From a virus (Duplodnaviria; Caudoviricetes): a stretch of 35,466 nucleotides of DNA. The stretch is from the IMG/VR virus record IMGVR_UViG_3300011336_000299, positions 1 through 35,466 of that record; one strand, 5' to 3'. The notes under the pieces were generated by a model, which saw only the letters and a list, made by a program, of their open reading frames with translations, was not told the DNA's origin and did no database searches. A program made the position numbers and the translations under genes. Every line of letters begins with the position of its first letter. The stretch's first letter is position 1. Of this stretch, positions 1 through 7,120 are shown in pieces.

Positions 1-1
1 T

Positions 2-154
2 GAAGGCGGAATAAAATTTACCAATCTTACTACTGGAGTAAGTGGCGAAATTGCCAACTCAAAAGACCATTTGATAATATCCAAACGATTAACCGAACTG
101 CCAGAGATGGCAAAAAAAATGATAGAATTATGCAACTTAGAATTAATCAAATAA
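2..154 (+). CDS. 3' fragment of a hypothetical protein (truncated by window start)
   Basis: Open frame read by hand (EGGIKFTNL...CNLELIK*), stop TAA 152-154, overlapping the helicase start; not in ORF track. Confidence 0.55.
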   Translation, partial: EGGIKFTNLTTGVSGEIANSKDHLIISKRLTELPEMAKKMIELCNLELIK

Positions 155-1353
155 AGGCAAGCAGTGATGTAGCTGCAATAATACTTAAATATAAATTAGC
201 TTACCTAGCAGGCGAAGTTAGAAGCGGCAAGACATTATGTGCCTTAAATGTAGCGCACCTACTACAATATAACAATGTGCTATTTATAACTAAAAAGAAA
301 GCTATTGGCAGCATCCAAAAAGACTTTGAAGCCATGCAGTACAAATATAATCTATATGTGATTAACTACGAAAGTATGCACCTATTGGATAATATTTACT
401 TTGATTTTGTTATACTGGATGAAGCGCATAGTTTAGGCAGTTTTCCAAAGCCGAATAATAAAGTAAAGTATATTAAAGAAAAATTTGCACACCTGCCAAT
501 GTTGCTAATGAGTGGAACACCAACGCCTGAAAGTTACAGTCAACTATTCCATCAATTATATTGCAGTAATGCTAGTCCATTTGCACAATTAAAAAACTTT
601 TATAATTGGTCGAAACAATATGTAACAATTACACAAATGGATTATGGCTTTGGTAAAGTTGCAGATTACAGCAATGCGAATAAGGCAATGATTGATAGCG
701 AAACCAAACACCTATTTGTCTATACAACACAGCAAGATGCAGGCTTTAAATGCGTGGTAAATGAGCATGTGCACTATGTAAAGATGTCCGATGCAACTTA
801 TGCAGTAATAAAAAAACTAAAAGCAGATAAGGTAATTGAAAGCAAAAGCGGTATTATACTTGCAGATACAGCAGTTAAGGAGATGCAGAAAGTACATCAG
901 CTTTGTAGTGGCACTATAAAGTTTGAAGATGGAAGTAGTAAAGCATTTGATTATTCTAAGGCGTATTACATTAGAGGAACATTCAATGGTAAGATAGCTA
1001 TATTTTATAAATTTAAGGCTGAATATGAGGCGTTAAAATCGGTTTATGGTGATATGCTAACAGATAACCTAGAAGACTTTTATAATACCAATAAAAGCAT
1101 AGCTTTGCAGATAGTAAGTGGTAGGGAAGGAGTAAATTTAAGTGCGGCAAATTGCCTAGTATTTTACAATATTGATTTTAGCGCAGTTAGTTATTTCCAG
1201 GCGCGTGATAGAATGAGCATTGCCAGCCGAACAGAAAATAATGTGCATTGGATCTTTGCTAAGGATGGGATAGAAGATAGCATTTATAAGGTGGTAAAAT
1301 CAAAAAAGAATTATACAGCAAAGTACTATGAAGGAGCAACAAATACAAAGTAA
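130..1353 (+). CDS. SNF2-like superfamily 2 helicase
   Basis: Walker A-like GEVRSGKT, DEAH box (ILDEAH), motif III SGTP, GREGVNL motif V, QARDR motif VI; followed by VRR-NUC as is typical in phages. Confidence 0.85.
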   Translation: MQLRINQIKASSDVAAIILKYKLAYLAGEVRSGKTLCALNVAHLLQYNNVLFITKKKAIGSIQKDFEAMQYKYNLYVINYESMHLLDNIYFDFVILDEAHSLGSFPKPNNKVKYIKEKFAHLPMLLMSGTPTPESYSQLFHQLYCSNASPFAQLKNFYNWSKQYVTITQMDYGFGKVADYSNANKAMIDSETKHLFVYTTQQDAGFKCVVNEHVHYVKMSDATYAVIKKLKADKVIESKSGIILADTAVKEMQKVHQLCSGTIKFEDGSSKAFDYSKAYYIRGTFNGKIAIFYKFKAEYEALKSVYGDMLTDNLEDFYNTNKSIALQIVSGREGVNLSAANCLVFYNIDFSAVSYFQARDRMSIASRTENNVHWIFAKDGIEDSIYKVVKSKKNYTAKYYEGATNTK

Positions 1354-1579
1354 GGTAATCAAAAAGATGGAAGCTAACGGATATTATGTTTTGAAATTAT
1401 CCAAGACTAATAAGCAGGGCATCCCTGATTTGCTTTGTTTAAAAAAAGATGAGCCTGCATTCTTTATTGAAGTAAAAACAGATAAGGGCGTAGTAAGTCC
1501 ATTGCAGTTATACCGACAAAAGGAATTACGAGAATTAGGGTTTAAAAGTATTATTGTAAAAAATATTTTGGAGATATAA
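1328..1579 (+). CDS. VRR-NUC domain nuclease (intact copy)
   Basis: MKEQQIQ N-terminal helix, GIPDL, FIEVK, SPLQ motifs of the PD-(D/E)xK VRR-NUC family. Confidence 0.85.
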   Translation: MKEQQIQSKVIKKMEANGYYVLKLSKTNKQGIPDLLCLKKDEPAFFIEVKTDKGVVSPLQLYRQKELRELGFKSIIVKNILEI

Positions 1580-1597
1580 AAAGTATTATTATATTTG
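1567..1597 (+). promoter_or_regulatory. Bacteroidota sigma70-type promoter
   Basis: TTTG (1567-1570), 19-nt spacer, TATATTTG (1590-1597) = -33/-7 consensus TTTG/TAnnTTTG. Confidence 0.75.
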
Positions 1598-1697
1598 CTA
1601 TCAAATCGGATTGCACCCGAGTTAAAAAAATTGAAGCCACAATGATTAAAGTAGTGCAATTGCTTTTTTCACTTGTGGCTTTGCTATTTAAAAAATT
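1571..1697. repeat. 127-bp exact direct repeat of window end (35340-35466)
   Basis: Base-by-base identity from 1571 to 1697; first mismatch at 1570 (G) vs 35339 (A); diverged homology continues upstream through the VRR-NUC gene. Confidence 0.95.
1604..1685 (+). ncRNA. Two-hairpin leader RNA with complementary loops (kissing-loop candidate A)
   Basis: Hairpin TCGG-[ATTGCAC]-CCGA (1606-1620); hairpin AAGCCACAA(1634-1642)...[GTGCAAT 1654-1660]...TTGTGGCTT(1673-1681); the loops are exact reverse complements. Confidence 0.6.
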
Positions 1698-1901
1698 ATG
1701 AAAACATCAACAGAATGGCTTTTCGAGAAACTATGGGATGAGCCAAAAGACAAATTAACATGGTATGCTTTATTAGCACAAGCAAAAGAAATTGAGAAGC
1801 AACAGATAATAATTACATTTAAAGATGCGCAAGCTAATCATGCAATGAGTAATGAATTAAGAGCAGAACAATACTACAACGAAACCTTTAAAAATAAATA
1901 A
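1698..1901 (+). CDS. Hypothetical phage protein
   Basis: ORF with A-rich leader; KTSTEWL...AKEIEKQQI...AEQYYNETF pattern resembles small Bacteroidota-phage proteins. Confidence 0.75.
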   Translation: MKTSTEWLFEKLWDEPKDKLTWYALLAQAKEIEKQQIIITFKDAQANHAMSNELRAEQYYNETFKNK

Positions 1902-1902
1902 G

Positions 1903-2181
1903 ATGACAGCAAAAGAAAAAGCAAAAGAGCTATATGATAAATACTATCTATTAGCTGAATTAATAGAATGGACAGACAAAGAAACAAGTATGAAAGCTGA
2001 AAAATTCAATCATGAATTAGGAAGCGATGTTTTAAAATACTGGAATAAATTAGCTAAACAATGCGCAATTATAGCAGTAGATGAGATAATAAAAGAAACC
2101 GATACTTACTATGATACTCTTATTGCTTCAGAAAGGAAATTATATTGGGAACAAGTAAAAACAGAAATTGAAAACTTATGA
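1903..2181 (+). CDS. Hypothetical phage protein
   Basis: ORF, MTAKEKAKEL...AKQCAIIAVDEI...YWEQVKTEIENL; tightly packed with neighbours. Confidence 0.75.
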   Translation: MTAKEKAKELYDKYYLLAELIEWTDKETSMKAEKFNHELGSDVLKYWNKLAKQCAIIAVDEIIKETDTYYDTLIASERKLYWEQVKTEIENL

Positions 2182-2342
2182 AAATTACAGTAACAAATAT
2201 CAAAAAAATACTTGAAAAAGAGTATGGGTGGTTTCATCTGGATTCAGAAACTTATCAATGGCTTGTTGATGAGTTGATTAAAGACACTCTAAAAATTATT
2301 GATGATAAACTAAAGTACCATAAAAATATATCAATAAAATGA
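2178..2342 (+). CDS. Small hypothetical protein (54 aa)
   Basis: Read by hand: MKITVTNIKKILEKEYGWF...KNISIK*; ATGA overlaps with both neighbours; below ORF-track cutoff. Confidence 0.65.
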   Translation: MKITVTNIKKILEKEYGWFHLDSETYQWLVDELIKDTLKIIDDKLKYHKNISIK

Positions 2343-2434
2343 GAACACATAGAACAGCAATAATAATTGCCATAGCATTGCTACTATTAGCAGCTTGTAG
2401 CCATATCATCAGCATTAACTTAAATATAAACTAA
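2339..2434 (+). CDS. 31-aa putative micro-lipoprotein
   Basis: MRTHRTAIIIAIALLLLAAC-SHIISINLNIN*: basic N-region, hydrophobic core, LAAC lipobox; ATGA-coupled upstream and abuts next ATG. Confidence 0.55.
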   Translation: MRTHRTAIIIAIALLLLAACSHIISINLNIN

Positions 2435-2626
2435 ATGAGAAAGCATAAGATAAAATTATCAATAAAATCGGATAAGGATCTTGAGAAAATAACAAGCTGT
2501 AATATTTGCCCTAATAAAGTGCCTTATGGTAAGCTTTATTTCTATGTAGATGAAAGCAATATTGCAATAACAAACAATGCAAAAGGTATTTGTAAAGAAT
2601 GCTATGAAATCAACTTGACAAAATAA
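2435..2626 (+). CDS. Small zinc-finger-like protein
   Basis: CNIC and CKEC pairs (CxxC...CxxC). Confidence 0.6.
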   Translation: MRKHKIKLSIKSDKDLEKITSCNICPNKVPYGKLYFYVDESNIAITNNAKGICKECYEINLTK

Positions 2627-2656
2627 TTAAAAAAGTAAAAATATAACTTGACAAAA

Positions 2657-2750
2657 TATAACGTTTGGTGGCTTGGCGAAGTACCGCCTTGAAGAATGTT
2701 CAAATTTAGTACAAAGGCTTGTGGCGGTATTTTGCCAAACCACTGTTATA
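2657..2750. repeat. attC-like imperfect palindrome
   Basis: TATAAC(2657-2662)-GTTTG-GTGGCTTGGCGAAGTACCGCC pairs with GGCGGTATTTTGCCAAACCAC-T-GTTATA(2745-2750); AAC/GTT cores at both ends, asymmetric unpaired spacer, variable central loop. Confidence 0.7.
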
Positions 2751-3132
2751 AGCCGTTTTTTTCTTGGTTTGGTGTAACAATTTAATTTAAAAACAATGGT
2801 ATTCAGAAAATTAAAAAGAGTATGGTCGCATAATGATATGAACTACATACCAAAATTCAGAGAAACATTCCCCGAACTAAACAAAGTATCAAGCGAAGAA
2901 ATGTGTGATAGGTGGATTTCACTTGGTATTGATTTTTACACAGAAGAAAAAACAGAAGTAAAAGGTTGGATTAGATTAACACTTCCTTTCGCATTGATAC
3001 TTTTTGTTCTAATGTTTATCGGACTTCCTTTTGCTTTTATCATTACTGGTAAATGGTCTTATGGTAGTGGCGATAAAAGTCGAATATTAAATTGGTTTCG
3101 TCAATTACGGTTGGTCTAAAATGGCTTATAAC
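2663..3132. mobile_element. Putative integron-like single-gene cassette (470 bp)
   Basis: Bounded by direct TATAAC copies (2657-2662, 3127-3132); ORF flanked by 14/15 inverted repeats GTTATAAGCCGTTTT (2745-2759) and AAAATGGCTTATAAC (3118-3132). Confidence 0.6.
2796..3119 (+). CDS. Membrane protein carried in the putative cassette
   Basis: 107 aa with long hydrophobic segment WIRLTLPFALILFVLMFIGLPFAFIITG; stop codon overlaps the cassette inverted repeat. Confidence 0.75.
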   Translation: MVFRKLKRVWSHNDMNYIPKFRETFPELNKVSSEEMCDRWISLGIDFYTEEKTEVKGWIRLTLPFALILFVLMFIGLPFAFIITGKWSYGSGDKSRILNWFRQLRLV

Positions 3133-3168
3133 TCACTTATAGACGCAATAAAATAAACACAACTAACT

Positions 3169-3366
3169 ATGTATCAATTTGTAAAGATAACCATTGATGA
3201 CCGTATCTATTTTTTTAGTAAACCGCATCATTTATACCACGAAGGCAAATTTTATAAAGCATTTGTACATGGTAGCCAATTAGCATGGAAAGTAAAAAAT
3301 AAATTAATCACTTATAAAAAACTAAAAAATGATAACAATAGAAAAAATAACAGAGATAGTTGCTAA
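3169..3366 (+). CDS. Hypothetical protein
   Basis: 65-aa ORF with A-rich leader, fills gap in operon. Confidence 0.55.
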   Translation: MYQFVKITIDDRIYFFSKPHHLYHEGKFYKAFVHGSQLAWKVKNKLITYKKLKNDNNRKNNRDSC

Positions 3367-3691
3367 GACAGCTAACACACCAATTGAGCAAATATTAGGG
3401 AAAAGTAGGAAGCGCGAATTTGTGCAACCTAGATTTGTAGCAATGAAGTTGGCAAAAGAATACACCAAAGATAGCCTAGTTAAGATTGGTAATTATTTTG
3501 GTGGTAGAGACCATACAACAACCATTCATGCCATTCAAACTATTAATGATTATATTGATATTAGAGCCAACCAACCATTAGAAAGTGAACTATACTTTAC
3601 TGCAAAGGATAATCTGCATAAATACCTGCTAGCTACTAATGGCATTTCACAAAGCGTTATTTTTTCACCACATCAAGTACCTGTATGTTAG
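3329..3691 (+). CDS. Stand-alone DnaA C-terminal (domain IV) DNA-binding protein
   Basis: ITIEKITEIVA...ILGKSRKREFVQPRFVAMKLAKEYTKDSLVKIGNYFGGRDHTTTIHA closely follows the DnaA domain IV signature (SLxxIGxxFGGRDHTTV); no AAA+ domain. Confidence 0.9.
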   Translation: MITIEKITEIVAKTANTPIEQILGKSRKREFVQPRFVAMKLAKEYTKDSLVKIGNYFGGRDHTTTIHAIQTINDYIDIRANQPLESELYFTAKDNLHKYLLATNGISQSVIFSPHQVPVC

Positions 3692-4065
3692 AACGGAAAA
3701 CAGCAAATGGAAAGAACTTTGACTATATATTGTTAAATGCACTATTCCAATTGATAGAGTGCGGCCAGGCACTAGATGAACTTAAAGATACTTCTTTTTA
3801 CAAGCATGAGAAAAAACAAAGGATAAATAAAGTGATTGCAGATATAGAAGATACAGTTAAAATATACCATCCAATTTGGAGTATAGACGATGCAGCTATA
3901 TTACAATTAACGAAAGCGCAAAAAGAATGGAGTGAAATGATGATAGATATACAGCCAGAGAAACGAGTGCAAATATTAGAGATGGCAAAATTAGCTAAAG
4001 AAAACCCAGCGCAATTTAACACTATTGCCGTAGCAATGGGATGTGGAATAATTACCGTAAAGTAA
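3685..4065 (+). CDS. Hypothetical protein
   Basis: 126-aa ORF overlapping upstream stop; helical composition. Confidence 0.7.
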   Translation: MLERKTANGKNFDYILLNALFQLIECGQALDELKDTSFYKHEKKQRINKVIADIEDTVKIYHPIWSIDDAAILQLTKAQKEWSEMMIDIQPEKRVQILEMAKLAKENPAQFNTIAVAMGCGIITVK

Positions 4066-4066
4066 C

Positions 4067-4074
4067 TACCTTTG
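4067..4074 (+). promoter_or_regulatory. Possible -7 promoter element for a leaderless mRNA
   Basis: TACCTTTG matches TAnnTTTG, 5 nt before ATG at 4080; only a weak -33 (TGTG 4042-4045). Confidence 0.4.
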
Positions 4075-4079
4075 CAAAA

Positions 4080-4487
4080 ATGATAAGACATTTATACACC
4101 GATGCTAATTACGAATATACATTAGAAATAATGTTTACAGATAATGTAAAAAAAGCATTTAAGGCATTGTTAAAAAGGTGGAAGATGCAAGATGAGGCAG
4201 TAGATGCGGAAGGATTTACAGTTAGGTGTAAAGATGACATCACTAAATATGCTTTGATATTTGACTTCGATAAACTAACCGATAACCTTATTAGCCATGA
4301 AGTGCTGCATGTATCTTGCTTTATATTGGATGATAGAACGATTGACCTTGCAGGTGGTAATGATGATTACGAGAACCTAGCTTGGCTTAATGGGCATTTA
4401 AATGATATGGTAAGGCAAATAATAGAAAAGGAAAATATTACAATGCATTCAACTTTAATCAAATCAAAAACTAAGAAACTTGGGTAA
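4080..4487 (+). CDS. Putative HExxH zinc metallopeptidase-like protein
   Basis: LISHEVLHV motif with downstream E (DYENLAW); start placed at ATG 4080 rather than 4041 (which overlaps upstream gene). Confidence 0.6.
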   Translation: MIRHLYTDANYEYTLEIMFTDNVKKAFKALLKRWKMQDEAVDAEGFTVRCKDDITKYALIFDFDKLTDNLISHEVLHVSCFILDDRTIDLAGGNDDYENLAWLNGHLNDMVRQIIEKENITMHSTLIKSKTKKLG

Positions 4488-5637
4488 ATGGACTGAATAT
4501 AATAGCGAGATAATTGCACTACTGCAAGCCAATGAAAGCATGAGCAATCATCTTGCAGCGCAGACAATTTTAAAAACGGATAAGTCAAAAGATGATAGTT
4601 TAGATGTTGCTAGTTTAACCCAGCACATCAGAAGGCATAGAGCAGAATTACTAGATAAAAACGAAGGCATATATAATGCAACAGAAGAACTTGATGTCCC
4701 AAATAGTAAAGTAAAACACCTTTGGTTAAAAAATAAAAGTGCATCTTTATTTGTAAAGAACCCTGATTATGTTGATACCGAAGAAAATGATTATTCTGAA
4801 TTAAGAGCAAAGTTACTAGAAGAAATAAAAGGCTATGCACCAGAGATAAGCAAAATAGATAGAACAAAACAAAAAGACGAGCATTTATTAATACTAGATC
4901 CAAGCGATATACACATAGGCAAATTATGTTCATCTTTTGAAACTAAGGAAGAATATAACTCGCAGATAGCAGTAAAGAGAGTAAAGGATGGAGTTAATGG
5001 ATTAATTAACAAATCTATTTCATGGAATATTGACAAGATAATATTTGTTGGTGGTAATGATATTCTGCACGTTGATAATCCAAAAAATACAACTACTAGC
5101 GGAACGCATCAAGATACAGATGGAATGTGGTATGATAATTTTGTTATAGCTAAAAAATTATACATTGATATATTAACTTTACTAATGCAGGTAGCAGATG
5201 TACATTTTACTTATAATCCTTCTAATCATGATTTTTCAAATGGTTTTTTTCTTTGCCAAGCAATAGAGGCTTATTTTTCTAAGTGTGAAAATATTACATT
5301 TAGTATAGATATGAGCCATAGAAAATATAGCGTGTATGGTTCAAACTTAATAGGTACTACGCATGGGGATGGTGCTAAAATACCAGACCTGCCATTATTA
5401 ATGGCGCATGAAAGCAAAGAATGGAGTACCTGCAAGCATAGATATATTTATACGCACCATATACACCATAAAATGAGTAAAGATTATATGAGTGTTTGCG
5501 TAGAGAGTTTAAGAAGCCCAAGCGGTGCGGATGGGTGGCATCATAGAAACGGATATCAACATGCGCCAAAAGCAATAGAGGCATTTATTCATCATAAAGA
5601 ACATGGTCAAGTAGCTAAATTAGTACACATTTTTTAA
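4480..5637 (+). CDS. Calcineurin-like metallophosphoesterase
   Basis: Motifs SDIHIG, GNDILHVD, SNHD, THGD, HHIHH in the canonical order. Confidence 0.85.
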   Translation: MGKWTEYNSEIIALLQANESMSNHLAAQTILKTDKSKDDSLDVASLTQHIRRHRAELLDKNEGIYNATEELDVPNSKVKHLWLKNKSASLFVKNPDYVDTEENDYSELRAKLLEEIKGYAPEISKIDRTKQKDEHLLILDPSDIHIGKLCSSFETKEEYNSQIAVKRVKDGVNGLINKSISWNIDKIIFVGGNDILHVDNPKNTTTSGTHQDTDGMWYDNFVIAKKLYIDILTLLMQVADVHFTYNPSNHDFSNGFFLCQAIEAYFSKCENITFSIDMSHRKYSVYGSNLIGTTHGDGAKIPDLPLLMAHESKEWSTCKHRYIYTHHIHHKMSKDYMSVCVESLRSPSGADGWHHRNGYQHAPKAIEAFIHHKEHGQVAKLVHIF

Positions 5638-5638
5638 T

Positions 5639-5836
5639 ATGACACAGATAACATTTACAACAGATTGCAAAGATGAAGCTAAGGTATTTATACATGCAGT
5701 AGAAAAGGCAATAGCAGTATCTGAACTAAAACAAAAACTAAGATATGGGTTAAAAGAAATTGACTTTGGCGAAAACCAAAGTTATATTCAGCAGTTATAC
5801 AGTTTAATTTGCGAGATTGATAGCATTGGAGAATAA
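5639..5836 (+). CDS. Hypothetical protein
   Basis: 65-aa ORF, last gene before terminator. Confidence 0.65.
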   Translation: MTQITFTTDCKDEAKVFIHAVEKAIAVSELKQKLRYGLKEIDFGENQSYIQQLYSLICEIDSIGE

Positions 5837-5864
5837 AAAAAGCACTTAATTAAAAGTGCCTTTT
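5835..5864. terminator. Probable bidirectional intrinsic terminator
   Basis: A-run, GCACTT(5842-5847)/AAGTGC(5854-5859) stem, CTTTT. Confidence 0.6.
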
Positions 5865-5897
5865 CCTGCATAAGTATTTATTAACCCGATAAAAACT

Positions 5898-5928
5898 ATT
5901 GCAAATATATAAAAATAGTTTAATTTTG
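5898..5928 (+). promoter_or_regulatory. Promoter upstream of terminase small subunit
   Basis: ATTG (5898-5901), 19-nt spacer, TAATTTTG (5921-5928). Confidence 0.55.
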
Positions 5929-5943
5929 TACCAAATATAAATC

Positions 5944-6366
5944 ATGGCAAGACCAAAAGGAACAAAGTATATTGAAACACCAGAAAAGATGTGGCAATTA
6001 TTTGAAGATTATAGAAGCGAAGTAAAGAACAACCCTAGAATAGTGAATGTATTTGGTGGTAAAGACTTTGAAGAAAGGCAAAACAGACTTGAAAGACCAT
6101 TGACATTTGAAGGATTTTATAATTATTGCTATAAAGTAATAGGATGTATAGACCAATACTTTGAGAATAGAGATAATAGATATACAGATTATATTGCCAT
6201 CTGTCGCGCAATTAAGCTAGAAATTAAGCAGGACCAGATAGAGGGCGGCATGGTAGGGCAATACAATCCATCTATAACACAGCGTTTAAATGGATTAACT
6301 GAAAGAGTTGAGCAAAAAACAGAGGGCGAAGTGAAACACGATGTAATTGTAACGCTAAATTTATGA
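5944..6366 (+). CDS. terS: Terminase small subunit (P22 gp3-like DNA packaging protein)
   Basis: MARPK...ETPEKMWQLFEDY, RPLTFEGF, DQIEGGMVGQYNPSITQRLNGL motifs; lies upstream of TerL. Confidence 0.8.
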   Translation: MARPKGTKYIETPEKMWQLFEDYRSEVKNNPRIVNVFGGKDFEERQNRLERPLTFEGFYNYCYKVIGCIDQYFENRDNRYTDYIAICRAIKLEIKQDQIEGGMVGQYNPSITQRLNGLTERVEQKTEGEVKHDVIVTLNL

Positions 6367-6959
6367 TAAATAAAATACTTTTACTACTCGAAAATTCAGC
6401 ATCCTTCAATAAGTATATTGATAGTGTGCATCCATCGGATTTACAGCAAGACCTTAAAAGCGAAGTGTATTTAATACTTGCAGATAAAAAAGTAGAAGTA
6501 TTGGAGCAGTTAGTAAAGGATAATAAAGTTGAGCAGTTTGCAGTGGCTATTGCCAAAACGCAAATACAAAGTACTAGCAGTCCATTTTACGTTAAGTATC
6601 GCAAAGCACTACCAGTTCAAAAGCAATTGGATAGCGTTGATGAATTGGATGTTAGTACACTTAGGGCGGTGGATAGTGAATTGATTAATGCACTAGTTAA
6701 TACAGGGGGGAGTGTAAAAAAGCTAAGTGATAACACAGGAATATACTACAAGGCACTACTAGATATGACCAAAGAAATAGCTGAAAAGAATAGGATTAAT
6801 AAGCAAGGTGTTACAACATCAATAACTATCAAAGTGGAGTTGAAAGTAGCAGACCAGAACCGAAGTATAACATCAATTAAATCAGATGTGAATAAAATAT
6901 TGAATAACCAACTCAAAGGGGTTAAGGTAAAAGATGTACTTTTGTCACACTTTAGTTAA
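6363..6959 (+). CDS. Putative sigma-factor-like / HTH transcription regulator
   Basis: DLQQDLKSEVYLIL resembles sigma region 2; GSVKKLSDNTGIYYKAL resembles an HTH. Confidence 0.45.
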   Translation: MINKILLLLENSASFNKYIDSVHPSDLQQDLKSEVYLILADKKVEVLEQLVKDNKVEQFAVAIAKTQIQSTSSPFYVKYRKALPVQKQLDSVDELDVSTLRAVDSELINALVNTGGSVKKLSDNTGIYYKALLDMTKEIAEKNRINKQGVTTSITIKVELKVADQNRSITSIKSDVNKILNNQLKGVKVKDVLLSHFS

Positions 6960-7120
6960 TGATTATTTTGATTAGCGAAATAGACCAAGATGATTTGTAT
7001 TTACATCTAAGTACAATCAATGATAAGACTTTATTAGACTTATACAAGAGTTTAATAAAGAATGAGCAATACGAGTATTGCCAAAAAGTATTAGACGAAA
7101 TAAATAAAAGAAATTTATGA
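6959..7120 (+). CDS. Small hypothetical protein (53 aa), UVR-like C-terminal motif
   Basis: Read by hand: MIILISEID...LIKNEQYEYCQKVLDEINKRNL*; TAATG and ATGA coupling to both neighbours. Confidence 0.6.
   Translation: MIILISEIDQDDLYLHLSTINDKTLLDLYKSLIKNEQYEYCQKVLDEINKRNL

Noticed and set aside
2615-2653. TTGACA copies as E. coli-type -35 promoter boxes
   Set aside because: Other promoters here follow the Bacteroidota -33/-7 consensus, and these hexamers are part of a 14-bp direct repeat.
2657-2759. Simple intrinsic terminator or tRNA explanation for the large hairpin
   Set aside because: There is no cloverleaf, and a terminator would not explain the matching 15-bp inverted repeat and TATAAC duplication 370-470 bp downstream. 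A secondary terminator role is not excluded.
3329-3691. Host dnaA gene or chromosomal contamination
   Set aside because: Only domain IV is present, embedded and translationally coupled in a phage operon.
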